A DNA stretch of 61,587 bases, the filler included, from Candidatus Woesearchaeota archaeon (GTDB lineage Archaea > Nanobdellota > Nanobdellia > Woesearchaeales > BM511): the NCBI GenBank assembly GCA_023266675.1. It is 4 parts of 4 records of this genome, joined end to end, with 100 filler letters (N's around TTAATTAATTAA, not from the genome) between each part and the next. Parts side by side here need not be neighbours in the genome. Positions count along the whole stretch, not along the records: positions 1 to 15,577 come from JAHFPP010000031.1; 3 more parts are not named here. One strand, given 5' to 3'. Every line of letters starts with the position of its first letter. Within the stretch, counting starts at the first letter, position 1. Below the pieces are notes generated by a model that had not been told where the DNA came from, did not search any database, and worked only from the letters and a program-made list of their open reading frames with translations. Both the position numbers and the translations under genes were made by a program. Below, in pieces: positions 1 to 9,675 of the stretch.

Positions 1-119
1 AGATATACACTCATATCAATCCACAAGATTTAGTTAATAGGATGTGGGAATAATTAATAAAAAATATATTTAAATAAAAACAGAAAGATTAAATAACTTA
101 AAGTGTGTAAGAAAGAATA

Positions 120-536
120 ATGAACATAAAAGATTATATTTTACCAATTGGTGTAAGTATTATTTTTTTAGGTGTTACTCTTATTTTCTCAAGTAATTTT
201 AGTATAATTTTGAAAACAAAAGATATTTCAACTGAAATTTTTACTTTCTCATCAACCTTATTTGGTTTAGTCTTAACTGCTTACGCTATACTTTTTGGAA
301 TTTTACCAGTCATGTCAAAAAGTTTTAAACAATCACAAACAGTAAGTGATATTAATCAATATTTTAGAATGTGTTTATATGTATTAGTTTTGCATATAAT
401 TATCTCTTTCTCATATATCCTATTTAATAATTATACAATGTTTGTAATTAATTCTTTCTTTCTAGGTGCAGATATAGGATTTTTTATATATATCATAAGT
501 TTAATAAATACAATCTTTGAAGAAATAAAAATATAA
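120..536 (+). CDS. Hypothetical multi-pass membrane protein, cargo of an integrated element
   Basis: 138-aa ORF with about 4 hydrophobic segments in a very AT-rich region. Confidence 0.6.
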   Translation: MNIKDYILPIGVSIIFLGVTLIFSSNFSIILKTKDISTEIFTFSSTLFGLVLTAYAILFGILPVMSKSFKQSQTVSDINQYFRMCLYVLVLHIIISFSYILFNNYTMFVINSFFLGADIGFFIYIISLINTIFEEIKI

Positions 537-538
537 CT

Positions 539-1378
539 TTAAAAACTTAATAATCTTTTTTCTTCTTCAGCATACACTCTCTTAATTTCTTTCTTAAATG
601 ATTCAAACTCAGATAATCCTGATTTATTGACAGAAACATCACAAGAAAATTTTAGATAAAATTTATCAAGAATATCAATCTTACCAATGTTCTTTCCATC
701 AATTATAATACTCTCATATCCTCCTTTATCAAAAAGCGGTTTGAATATACTAAAAAGTTTTTCTTTTGACATTTTACTAACTCTTTGTATCTTTATTATA
801 TCTTCATGCATGAGGGTATACCCTTTAATCTTTTTTTTACTGCTTCCTTCTACATTTTCCTCATATTTTACATATTCAGGTCTAGCTTTTTTAAGGATGA
901 TATGTTTTACTTTTTCAAGTAATTCTTCCTTTTCATTCTTTTTAAAATCTCTAGCTAGAGTTTTACATTCAGAAATTTTAGTTTTTACTTTATTCTCAAA
1001 ATAGAGTGTTAATGTTGGTGTTATGTACCCAAATCCGTCATGGTCATATAAAGCTAAAAGTACATTGTTTTTTTTTATTAATGCAAATAATGAATGGTGC
1101 TTTACTTTTTTATGTTCATCTAAATAATCTGGTTTATCTTCTTTTTTCTCAAAATCAGAAATAGTTATATTATCATTTTTACATTTTGATAAAGAGAAAA
1201 ACATAAAATCCTTATCTTCTTCGATAAAGGATAATGATGCAGAATATTTTTTATCATCTAAAGCTATAAAATTATTGAAACGATTTTTTTCTGAAAATTC
1301 TTTATTAAGTTTATCCCATTTAGGAGGAGTTTCAAATGTTATTTTAAAAGGATAAATAGTTTTGTTTGTGATAGTCAT
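539..1378 (-). CDS. Hypothetical soluble protein, element cargo
   Basis: 279-aa Lys/Glu-rich ORF; AGGTA SD-like sequence upstream. Confidence 0.65.
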   Translation of the reverse strand: MTITNKTIYPFKITFETPPKWDKLNKEFSEKNRFNNFIALDDKKYSASLSFIEEDKDFMFFSLSKCKNDNITISDFEKKEDKPDYLDEHKKVKHHSLFALIKKNNVLLALYDHDGFGYITPTLTLYFENKVKTKISECKTLARDFKKNEKEELLEKVKHIILKKARPEYVKYEENVEGSSKKKIKGYTLMHEDIIKIQRVSKMSKEKLFSIFKPLFDKGGYESIIIDGKNIGKIDILDKFYLKFSCDVSVNKSGLSEFESFKKEIKRVYAEEEKRLLSF

Positions 1379-1504
1379 AGCTTACCCTTTTTATTAAGTT
1401 TATTTAAATCTTTCTTGAAAAGCGAAAGTTTCTTTGTTTTCTTTAGGTTAAACCATTATCAAACTTTCGCATAATGGAACAAAACACGAAAGAAAAAGAA
1501 TTAA

Positions 1505-1987
1505 TTATTTAATAAAGATTAACCCGAAAACAGCTATTAAAAACCACAGAACAATTAATGAAGTTATGATATATCTGATAATTTGCCAACTTAATAATAA
1601 GTTTTTACTTTTTACATTAATCTTTGGGTGTATAAAGCGATTATAAAGATACATGATTAAATAAAAAAAAGCAACATATGCAAGAAAACTGCCAAGCATA
1701 CCAAAAATACCCCCACTACTAACCCCCTTTATTATATCTTGGTGGATGTTAGAAGCTAGCATCAAAAAAGATATATAAAATAATATAACCTTTTGAAACC
1801 AAGACAATTTTCTAACTTCAAAACTTTCTAAACAATAAATACAAAAACCCGCTTCTTTTTTTACAATATTTCCACATTTATAACAAAAAGTATCACAATA
1901 TTTACATCTATGAAAATTACCTACTTTTATTAACTTCCTTTTACAATATTTACAATAATTTTGTTTCATTTTTTCAGCTATATCCAA
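1505..1987 (-). CDS. Double zinc-ribbon membrane protein
   Basis: Four CxxC pairs at the N-terminus followed by about 3 TM helices. Confidence 0.65.
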   Translation of the reverse strand: MDIAEKMKQNYCKYCKRKLIKVGNFHRCKYCDTFCYKCGNIVKKEAGFCIYCLESFEVRKLSWFQKVILFYISFLMLASNIHQDIIKGVSSGGIFGMLGSFLAYVAFFYLIMYLYNRFIHPKINVKSKNLLLSWQIIRYIITSLIVLWFLIAVFGLIFIK

Positions 1988-1999
1988 TTAATACTTTAT

Positions 2000-2620
2000 T
2001 TATGAGGGATTGTTTATTGAACAATTTGCATAGACAATACTGTAATTCATATAAACTTCTTGAGCATAACAAGTTCCCCAATAGTCTTTTGGCATTCCAA
2101 ACCAAGTTTCCCCTTGAATTTTATCCAACCAATCCCAGTTTCCACCAACTATTTGTCCCAAAGGTTGTAAGACAAGATGGATAGAATAAACTCTATTCTC
2201 TTTTTTTAATATATTTCCTTCTTTATCAACCTCCTGAACAAATTTATTATAAACTAATGAATTACAATATAAAAAATTTACATTTTCTCCAACATCTTTC
2301 CCACTATGACACATATCACTAAAAGTGTAATGATAATTTACTATCCACCCGTCCGAAGGAATGCTTGTTCCATCTGCCCATGTAGAATTAAATTTTTTAT
2401 CACCTAATCCTGTTTGTATTTTATGTTTATCTGGACTTTGTTGACAAGTCCAAATATTTATTTCATCGACAGCTACTTTATTAGGAATTATATTTTTTGG
2501 ACAACTTTGATATTTATTATCAAGATTATCATTAATTTGAGAGTTATTAAATATTTCACAACCAACTATAAACAAGGAGGATATTAGTATTAAGAATATT
2601 AAAATTAGTTTAGTTTTCAT
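2000..2620 (-). CDS. Putative lipoprotein
   Basis: Basic N-terminus, hydrophobic stretch and lipobox-like FIVGC. Confidence 0.6.
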   Translation of the reverse strand: MKTKLILIFLILISSLFIVGCEIFNNSQINDNLDNKYQSCPKNIIPNKVAVDEINIWTCQQSPDKHKIQTGLGDKKFNSTWADGTSIPSDGWIVNYHYTFSDMCHSGKDVGENVNFLYCNSLVYNKFVQEVDKEGNILKKENRVYSIHLVLQPLGQIVGGNWDWLDKIQGETWFGMPKDYWGTCYAQEVYMNYSIVYANCSINNPS

Positions 2621-2737
2621 AATAATCTTACCAATACTTCCTTATATTAAATATTATATTTAAATGTATTGGTACTTGATGGGTACTTGAAAAAGTATAT
2701 CTATTCTAACATCGAATTATGGTTTAGGTGAATTTAT

Positions 2738-2890
2738 TTGACAAGAAAAAACTATTCCAATGTTTCCATACCTGATACTTTAATTAAAGAAATAGATGAA
2801 ATTATTAATAAAAGTATTAAGGGTTATTCTTCAAGAGCTGAATTTATTAAAGACGCAATAAGGGATAAACTAAAAAATTTAAAAAATTGA
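2738..2890 (+). CDS. CopG/ribbon-helix-helix regulator, 50 aa (absent from ORF track)
   Basis: Manual translation from TTG: MTRKNYSNVSIPDTLIKEIDEIINKSIKGYSSRAEFIKDAIRDKLKNLKN; AGGTGA SD upstream; YSSRAEFIxxAIR is typical of RHH proteins. Confidence 0.8.
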   Translation: MTRKNYSNVSIPDTLIKEIDEIINKSIKGYSSRAEFIKDAIRDKLKNLKN

Positions 2891-2899
2891 TAGTTATAG

Positions 2900-4147
2900 T
2901 TAAATAAATTTATTTCTTTTATTAAACTCTTCAAAGCGTTTTAATAAATCTGGATTTTTCATCATATCCATAAAGTTCTTAAGAGTATTATTCATATCTG
3001 AATTATATCTCTGTTCATCTTTCAAAGCTATTTCAACGCTTAAGGGTTTACCGCATCTATAACAATATCTTGATTTATTGTCGTTTATAGCTGTGCAACT
3101 GCATTTTATTGGTAATCTTTTATTATCTTCTTTCTTAACTAATCCATTTAATTCCATAAAAGCATTTTCTACTTGTTTTGCACATAAATGAACATATCGT
3201 TTAATCTGTTTAGAACCTCTAACCCATCCCATATAATCACAAAGAACTACTTCAACAAGATTAGGTGCTAAAAGAGTAGCTCTAGAATGTCTAAACCAAT
3301 GAAGATTATGTTTTTTATCCAATAATTTTGCTCTTTCAAAACAATCATTAACTATTTGTTGACATCCAATATGAATCAAAGGTTTATTCAAACTTCTACC
3401 ACAATTACTTAGCCATACATGTGCATTCTCATTATTTTTAAAAGGATGTAAATCTAGCCATTTTGTTAATAAAGGTAAAGAATGTATTATGAAAACTCTT
3501 CGTTCACCAGTTTTTCCATCTAAACGAGCTAAAGCATAATTATCTTTAAATTCAATATCTTTAATTTTCATATTAAGAAGTTCTCCAGCTCTACATCCTG
3601 TTTCGTGTAAAAATTTAATTAATGCTTTTTCTTTGTAAGTTTTACAGCCATATTCTATTATCTTGTCAATATCCTCTTCTTTTAAAATATTACTATAATC
3701 AAGACTTCTAATCTTACAACTCGTTTTTATCTCTTTTTCAATTATTTTATAAAACTTATTAGCTTCAATTATCTGTTGTTTGTCTTCACTTTCTAATCTT
3801 TTGTCTATTTCTTTAAACCATAAGAAGAATTGTTTAATGCATCTTCTATAATCTGTTTTTGTTTCTTCTGAATAGGTTTCTTGTTTGTTATAATAAGCTA
3901 ATAATCCAATAAGGTCATCTTTACCTACTGCATCAATATCTTTGTTTAAAACTAAGAAAATACGTCTTAGTTGACTACTGACTTTACTAACCCTATACTC
4001 ACTAACATTTCCTTTAGAAAACATATAGTTATGAAATAAAGTCATTAATTCTTTATTTCTTGGCGTTGTTTCCCATTTTTTAATAAGTTCTATCTCTCTT
4101 TGATATGCTCTTTTCTTATTTGGGTATATCTCAAGTTTTGTATTCAT
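2900..4147 (-). CDS. Tyrosine recombinase/integrase with C-terminal zinc ribbon
   Basis: TGCRAGEL (Arg I), GKTG (Lys), HWFRHSRAT (HxxR), MGW, RYVH (catalytic Tyr), C-terminal Cys cluster. Confidence 0.92.
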   Translation of the reverse strand: MNTKLEIYPNKKRAYQREIELIKKWETTPRNKELMTLFHNYMFSKGNVSEYRVSKVSSQLRRIFLVLNKDIDAVGKDDLIGLLAYYNKQETYSEETKTDYRRCIKQFFLWFKEIDKRLESEDKQQIIEANKFYKIIEKEIKTSCKIRSLDYSNILKEEDIDKIIEYGCKTYKEKALIKFLHETGCRAGELLNMKIKDIEFKDNYALARLDGKTGERRVFIIHSLPLLTKWLDLHPFKNNENAHVWLSNCGRSLNKPLIHIGCQQIVNDCFERAKLLDKKHNLHWFRHSRATLLAPNLVEVVLCDYMGWVRGSKQIKRYVHLCAKQVENAFMELNGLVKKEDNKRLPIKCSCTAINDNKSRYCYRCGKPLSVEIALKDEQRYNSDMNNTLKNFMDMMKNPDLLKRFEEFNKRNKFI

Positions 4148-4307
4148 TTCTATCTACTAAAAATATAAGAATTAAGTTTTATAAATAATATCCACACTAT
4201 TTTACTTAAATGTGTAAATACGGCTTTTTGTCTAATAGACTAGATGCGGAGCTGCGGCGTTTTTTTTATTAAAAAGATTTATATAAATAATTCAGATTAA
4301 TCTAGTT

Positions 4308-4640
4308 ATGACCTTAAATGTACTTATTATTTTGGTTATTATTTTATTTTTAACTTATTTCTTAATAAAATTTATTAGAACTCTCTTATCAATACCTAAC
4401 AGATTATTTTTATCTAATAAACTAAAATCTAAAGCGGATTATAAATTTAATAAACTTCTTATGAACTTTAAGTGGGAACATAATCGAAATCCCACTAAAA
4501 ATGAGCTTTTTAGGATAATAATAAATGCTAGTCACATAACAATAAGAAGAAGAGGTTATATTGGTCATTGGGGACGTCAAAAAGTAAGAAAATATTTATT
4601 AGAAAAATATAATGTTGTTAATAAATATATCATGCGATAG
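4308..4640 (+). CDS. Hypothetical protein with N-terminal TM anchor
   Basis: 110-aa ORF with hydrophobic N-terminus and basic C-terminal domain. Confidence 0.55.
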   Translation: MTLNVLIILVIILFLTYFLIKFIRTLLSIPNRLFLSNKLKSKADYKFNKLLMNFKWEHNRNPTKNELFRIIINASHITIRRRGYIGHWGRQKVRKYLLEKYNVVNKYIMR

Positions 4641-4684
4641 CTTTACTCTTGCAAAAAGTTTCTTATCATTCTAATAAAGAAAAG

Positions 4685-4781
4685 TGGTGCCGAAGGCGGG
4701 ATCTGAACCCGCGACCTCAAGATAACTCAAAATCAATGATTTATGAGTCTTGCGCTCTAGACCAGGCTGAGCTACTTCGGC
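4685..4781 (-). tRNA. tRNA-Met(CAT), elongator type, with an 18-nt intron at 37/38 and encoded CCA
   Basis: Reverse complement folds: GCCGAAG/CTTCGGC acceptor, CAAGA-CTCATA^A-TCTTG anticodon arm, GCGGG-TTCAGAT-CCCGC T arm; CTCA/TGAG central BHB helix. Confidence 0.92.
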
Positions 4782-4946
4782 AACATCATGAAAATCCATG
4801 ATTTCCAGGACGCAGAAAATGCTTTTTGCATTTTCAAGCGTTTTAATAAAAACCTTGACTAAAAACAGAGCGAGTTAAAACAAGTTTAACTCACTGTAGT
4901 TCAAAACTTAGAAAAAATAAGCTATTTAAAAACTTGTCGGCGATTA

Positions 4947-5366
4947 TTAAACTATCTCGTCAGCAATAAGTCTTTGGAGTTTTTCTATTTCTCCTTCCTT
5001 ATACTTTGTTGACGGCCAGTGTTTTAAACCATCATCTTTAAACCTTGGAACAATGTGGATATGCGCGTGCAAAACAATCTGTCCTGCAGCCTTAAAATTG
5101 CTCATAAGGATGTTTATCCCGTCAGCGTTTGTGGCTTTCTTGACTGCGTCAGAAACAAGCTGCACTGATTTGAATAAATTCATTGCGTCTCTTTCATCCA
5201 TGTGTAAAAGCGTTTCTGAGTGCCTTTTTGGTATTACAAGGACGTGCCCCTTGTTTACCGGAGCTATATCCATAAAAGCGAATGTGGAGTCATCTTCATA
5301 TACTCTGACACATGGCAACTCTTTTCGTATCAATTTACAAAATATGCAATCAGGGTCTTGGTGCAT
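4947..5366 (-). CDS. HIT family nucleotide hydrolase
   Basis: DCIFC N-terminus, GHVLVIPK, HAHIH histidine triad. Confidence 0.95.
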   Translation of the reverse strand: MHQDPDCIFCKLIRKELPCVRVYEDDSTFAFMDIAPVNKGHVLVIPKRHSETLLHMDERDAMNLFKSVQLVSDAVKKATNADGINILMSNFKAAGQIVLHAHIHIVPRFKDDGLKHWPSTKYKEGEIEKLQRLIADEIV

Positions 5367-6065
5367 TTATTTCAACTCTTCAATTGTTTTTCTGATTTCT
5401 CCAAGGTCTTTGATTTTTAAATCGTGTTCTCGGACATTTCGCCTGTCAATAAGAATTCCGATTATGCCTTGCTTCTTTGCGCTTTCTATATCGGAGTCCA
5501 TACTGTCTCCAATCATTACAAGTTCATCAGGCGTAAATCCTGTTTTTTCCATTATCTTTTCAAAACCGCCTTCTGACTTTATGCATCCAATCTCATATGA
5601 TACTGCTATTTCATCAAAATATTTCTTAAAGCCAAACCTGTCAAGGATATCTTCCTGTGTTGAAGGCAGATTTGAAAGCAAAATAAGCTTGTAGTCTTTT
5701 TTTAGCTCTTCAAGCGTTGCCAGTGTTTCTGGGTAAAGGTTTGACATTATCTTTGCTTTGTTCCAGAGTCCAACAAGCCTGTCAACCCTGTTATATTCAT
5801 TAGGTGATACATTGAACTCTTCAAATACTCTCTGTAGTCCCTCTTTTATGTTGTCATACTTTGTTGTCATGAATGCTCTTTCAAATCTTATGACAAACTC
5901 AGGATACGGCATGTCAAACAAACCTAGAATCTTTTTTGTCTGTTTTGTCGGCGAAGGATAAACTCCATTTTCAAGTATAGTTCCCCATAGATCAAATATA
6001 ATTGCCTTAATCTTCTTTTTATGCACTGCCTTTTTTGTAGTTTTTGTAGGTTTTTTTTCTGTCAT
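5367..6065 (-). CDS. HAD superfamily hydrolase
   Basis: FDLWGTI motif I, LLSN motif II, IGDSMDSD motif IV. Confidence 0.9.
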   Translation of the reverse strand: MTEKKPTKTTKKAVHKKKIKAIIFDLWGTILENGVYPSPTKQTKKILGLFDMPYPEFVIRFERAFMTTKYDNIKEGLQRVFEEFNVSPNEYNRVDRLVGLWNKAKIMSNLYPETLATLEELKKDYKLILLSNLPSTQEDILDRFGFKKYFDEIAVSYEIGCIKSEGGFEKIMEKTGFTPDELVMIGDSMDSDIESAKKQGIIGILIDRRNVREHDLKIKDLGEIRKTIEELK

Positions 6066-6269
6066 CCCCCCAATTATTAAACCAGTATTTAAAAGGTTTT
6101 TGGTATGCTAATTTTTAAAATATATTCAATGCTATTTTTTGTTAATAAGCATGTTTACACCATCTATTATGCCATAATTTACGGCACTTTTGTTTTTGTT
6201 TACTTTAATAGTAAGATTTTTAAACACCTGTTAAATCCTGACGAAGTAGACCACATTAGTCTGATATTT

Positions 6270-6409
6270 GAGCCCGTAGCTCAGACTGGTGGAGCGCCGG
6301 TCTTATATGGCAGCGCTTTACATAAAGCTCACTTAGGTTAGCCGGTGGTCGAGGGTTCAAAAATTTATATGAGCAATTATATAAAAAAGTGAAAGTCCCT
6401 TCGGGCTCA
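6270..6409 (+). tRNA. tRNA-Ile(TAT) with two introns (37/38 at 6308-6339; 59/60 at 6362-6395)
   Basis: GAGCCCG/CGGGCTC acceptor; CCGGT-CT-TAT-A^A-GCCGG; GAGGG/CCCTT T stem; both inserts form bulge-helix-bulge-like motifs (CTTA/TAGG and TTCA/TGAA). Confidence 0.85.
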
Positions 6410-6414
6410 TTTAT

Positions 6415-6525
6415 GCTCCGGTAGTGTAGTCCGGTAATCTTTTAGGAAAATATTCCTTAAGGTTGGATAACCAATCATTTTGCCCTTTCGAGGCAAAGAC
6501 CCGGGTTCAAATCCCGGCCGGAGCA
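6415..6525 (+). tRNA. tRNA-Glu(TTC) with an intron of about 35 nt in the D-loop
   Basis: GCTCCGG/CCGGAGC acceptor, TTGCC-CTTTCGA-GGCAA anticodon arm, CCGGG-TTCAAAT-CCCGG T arm; extra hairpin-forming insert at about 6436-6470. Confidence 0.88.
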
Positions 6526-6563
6526 TTTTATATTTATTAAAAAATAGTTAGGAGGAATCAAAC

Positions 6564-6665
6564 TTGAAACGAAGTTCACGACGCTGGAAGAAAAAAGGAC
6601 AGATGAGATGGAAATGGCAGCGAAAGAGAATGAGAAGAGAAAAGAGAAAAAGAATGCAGAAATAA
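6564..6665 (+). CDS. rpl41e: Ribosomal protein eL41 (eS32), 33 aa (absent from ORF track)
   Basis: TTG start after GGAGG; MKRSSRRWKKKGQMRWKWQRKRMRREKRKRMQK matches the archaeal L41e pattern. Confidence 0.85.
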   Translation: MKRSSRRWKKKGQMRWKWQRKRMRREKRKRMQK

Positions 6666-6876
6666 GCATTTTTAACTTTTTTTAATATTCTTAGCCTTTC
6701 TTTTTTATCCTTATTATTAATCTTTTAAGATATGATCTTTATTCTACATTTAGTTTATTCAAAAACACTTGTTTCTTTTATCTTTTCTAATATGTATCCT
6801 TGAGAATAGCAAACTTTAAATACTAGTATAATCAATACTGGTATACTAAAATAGTATATTGGTATGGTGAATTGAT

Positions 6877-7554
6877 ATGTATGAACATAACACAGATAAA
6901 TCTAATGCACAAAAACTAGCAGAAACACTAAAACGATGCGGTCTCGCATCAAGCGTTTCCCAAGCACATCAAATGGCAGGGGAGATAACATCAACAGAAC
7001 GAAAAGTTCAAACATTTTTTGATCAAAAAAGACAAGAAATGAAAGATGACCATATGCGAATTGTTCATCCTAACAGGGAAGAGTTTCAAAATGCAAAAGC
7101 AAAAGACATTGTTTCTACGCAAATAGAAAATTTTAGAAACGGAAATTCAAAGCAATCAGTTGAAATTTCTACTCCACCAAAAGTAGATATGAATGTTGAA
7201 GTAAAAACAAAAGAACCATGGAGTATTGTTGAAGTTTCAAAGCCAGTGTTTACTGAAGAAAAAGTAACACTTACCATTCAAGAAGTTGTCAAAACTGAAG
7301 AGTCTTCAAAAACAGTTGAAACTGAAGATTATGTTAATAAATTCATAAATAAATCAGAAGAAAAATCAGCTGAAGAAACGCCGTTGGTAATACATTTACC
7401 TGAAAATAAAGAAGTTAAAGAAACTGAAAAACATGTAGAAACACATGCAAAAGCTAATCATACACCAGAACCTGTTGTATCACATCCCAAACCTGCACAG
7501 CCAAGCATAGACATAAATAACTTCTTTAATTTTCAGAAAAAAGGAAAAGTTTAG
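6877..7554 (+). CDS. Hypothetical protein, largely low-complexity/disordered
   Basis: 225-aa ORF with GGTGA SD; Glu/Lys/Thr/Pro-rich. Confidence 0.65.
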   Translation: MYEHNTDKSNAQKLAETLKRCGLASSVSQAHQMAGEITSTERKVQTFFDQKRQEMKDDHMRIVHPNREEFQNAKAKDIVSTQIENFRNGNSKQSVEISTPPKVDMNVEVKTKEPWSIVEVSKPVFTEEKVTLTIQEVVKTEESSKTVETEDYVNKFINKSEEKSAEETPLVIHLPENKEVKETEKHVETHAKANHTPEPVVSHPKPAQPSIDINNFFNFQKKGKV

Positions 7555-7658
7555 ATAATTTTATTATTTTATCATTTTTATTCTCAAATTATTTTATTTT
7601 ATCAGAGGTAACCATTTCTAACAAAACACTTATATATAACCAAAAATCTATTTTTCTC

Positions 7659-9176
7659 ATGATTAAAGGACAGGTTATAAGCGGAAAATTCGGTGAAATC
7701 GCAATCAGGCAGAAGAGCGGACAAGAGCTTGAACTTGGCGAGTTATTGATAGGAAAGAATGAGGATTCAAAAATTCTTTTGCAAGTCTACGACTTAATGT
7801 TTGGCTCACAGATATCAAAGGAAAACCTGGAATTAATCTCCGGCATGATGCTTGAAGAGAATTCTGAAATGAGTTTCATGGAGCCGCACCTAAGAAATTA
7901 CAATATCGCTTTATTAAAAAACCTAATCACAATTAACGGCAAGGATGCAAAGACATCAAAAAACCTTCCTTCATTCTTTTCAGAAGTCAGGGAAGTGACC
8001 AAAGAAGATTTAACGTTTTTAACAAAGCCAAAAAATGCTTTGTTTGTAGGAAACCTTCGAAGCGGTTCAAAAGTATTAGACATTGATTTATACCTACCTG
8101 GCGAAGAAGTGTTCTCTCATCACATCCTCATCCCTGCAACAACCGGCCGAGGAAAATCAAACTTAACATCATGCATGCTTTGGGATGCTGTTGACAAAGA
8201 CTACTGTGGGATACTGGTTCTTGACCCTCATGATGAATACTATGGAAAAAACAAGCTTGGGCTTAAAGATCATCCAAAAAAAGAAAATGTTATCTACTAC
8301 ACGCCAAAAAATCCTCCAGTCGGAGCACTCACACTCTCAATAAACATCGAAAACGTCAAGCCATGGCATTTTAACGGCGTCATAGAATGGTCAACTCCGC
8401 AGACAGAAGCACTAGGCGCATATTTTAAGAAATACGGTAAGAAATGGATAGAGTCAATAATCCTTGACAAGCCAATTGACGGATTTTCAGAGGGAACACT
8501 GGCAGTTCTTAAAAGAAGACTGCTTCAGCTGTTAGATCTTCAATTCTCAGAAAACGAGCTGACAAGCTATGGTGTTTTCAAGTTAAACTCAGGTGACACA
8601 ACGATAAAAGACATTTGCTCTCACTTGGAAAAAAGCAGGATAGTAATAATTGATACATCAAACTTTTCAGGAAACGTTGAGATATTAATTGGGTCTTTAA
8701 TCACTACAGAGATATTTGACAAATACAAAAGCTACAAGATGAAAGGAGAGCTTGACAATAAACCTGTAATCTCAATAGTGCTTGAAGAGGCACCGAGAGT
8801 GCTTGGAAAAGAAGTCTTGGAAAAAGGTTCAAATATATTCTCAACAATAGCGCGCGAAGGAAGAAAATTCAAAGTCGGCCTTGTTGCAATAACACAACTC
8901 CCTTCATTGATACCTAGACAAATACTTGCAAATATGAACACGAAAATAATACTTGGAATTGAAATGGCTCCAGAACGGTTGGCAATAATTGAAAGCTCAG
9001 CGCAGGATTTATCGTCAGACAATCGAGCAATTGCATCTTTGGACAAAGGCGAAGCAATAATCACATCAAACTTTTCCCGTTTTGCAATGCCAATAAAAAT
9101 CCCATTCTTTGAAGATCACATCAAGAAAAGTATAAATACGAGCAAAACAAAAAACTCATTTGAAGGAATCAAATAA
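7659..9176 (+). CDS. herA: HerA-family DNA translocase/ATPase
   Basis: N-terminal HAS-barrel-like region, ATTGRGKS Walker A, DPHDEY, LEEA Walker B, AREGRKF, ITQLP. Confidence 0.88.
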   Translation: MIKGQVISGKFGEIAIRQKSGQELELGELLIGKNEDSKILLQVYDLMFGSQISKENLELISGMMLEENSEMSFMEPHLRNYNIALLKNLITINGKDAKTSKNLPSFFSEVREVTKEDLTFLTKPKNALFVGNLRSGSKVLDIDLYLPGEEVFSHHILIPATTGRGKSNLTSCMLWDAVDKDYCGILVLDPHDEYYGKNKLGLKDHPKKENVIYYTPKNPPVGALTLSINIENVKPWHFNGVIEWSTPQTEALGAYFKKYGKKWIESIILDKPIDGFSEGTLAVLKRRLLQLLDLQFSENELTSYGVFKLNSGDTTIKDICSHLEKSRIVIIDTSNFSGNVEILIGSLITTEIFDKYKSYKMKGELDNKPVISIVLEEAPRVLGKEVLEKGSNIFSTIAREGRKFKVGLVAITQLPSLIPRQILANMNTKIILGIEMAPERLAIIESSAQDLSSDNRAIASLDKGEAIITSNFSRFAMPIKIPFFEDHIKKSINTSKTKNSFEGIK

Positions 9177-9190
9177 CAAGGTAAAACAAA

Positions 9191-9625
9191 ATGTCACTTT
9201 TTTCATCAGAACCATCAAAACATTTAATCAAGGATGTCAAGATTATAGCAAAAGAGGCAAAAGATTCTGAAGAAGAAATATCACATATAATCCGTGATGT
9301 TGATGCACAGCTGTATGCCATAACTGAAGCATGCAAAAAATATCAGGCATTAACTCCCATAAAAATTGACATAAAAACAAGGCTCTTAAAGCTTGAAAAA
9401 ATATTTGAAAATCTCCATGACGGATTTCCTCATGTAGATGTCTATAAAGAGGTATCACAAAGGCTAAGAGAGAGGCAAAATGAATTAAATACAAACATGT
9501 TTCAAACTTCTTCACAGTTCTTAATCCAGCTAAACCATCTTTTACCATATATAGAACAGTCAAAAAGGGACTTGATGATTGAAGCCGGGAAATTCAAGAG
9601 CATAAGCAGTCAATACAGGCAATAA
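9191..9625 (+). CDS. Hypothetical helical protein
   Basis: 144-aa ORF between herA and mre11. Confidence 0.6.
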   Translation: MSLFSSEPSKHLIKDVKIIAKEAKDSEEEISHIIRDVDAQLYAITEACKKYQALTPIKIDIKTRLLKLEKIFENLHDGFPHVDVYKEVSQRLRERQNELNTNMFQTSSQFLIQLNHLLPYIEQSKRDLMIEAGKFKSISSQYRQ

Positions 9626-9675
9626 GCTTCTATAAAAAACCAATCTATTAAAATAACTTCTCATTATCTGATTCT

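Larger units (their letters stand above)
1..4684. mobile_element. Right-hand end of an integrative element inserted at the 3' end of tRNA-Met
   Basis: Integrase, RHH regulator and AT-rich hypothetical cargo lie directly downstream of the tRNA 3' end; the other att site is not in the window. Confidence 0.6.

Noticed and set aside
2900..4147. Integrase as the mobiliser of the gene array
   Set aside because: It lies on a different contig; the contigs are joined by artificial linkers and appear ordered by length (15396 then 15387 nt)
6105..6669. ORFs 6105..6341 and 6475..6669
   Set aside because: They overlap tRNA-Ile, tRNA-Glu and rpl41e
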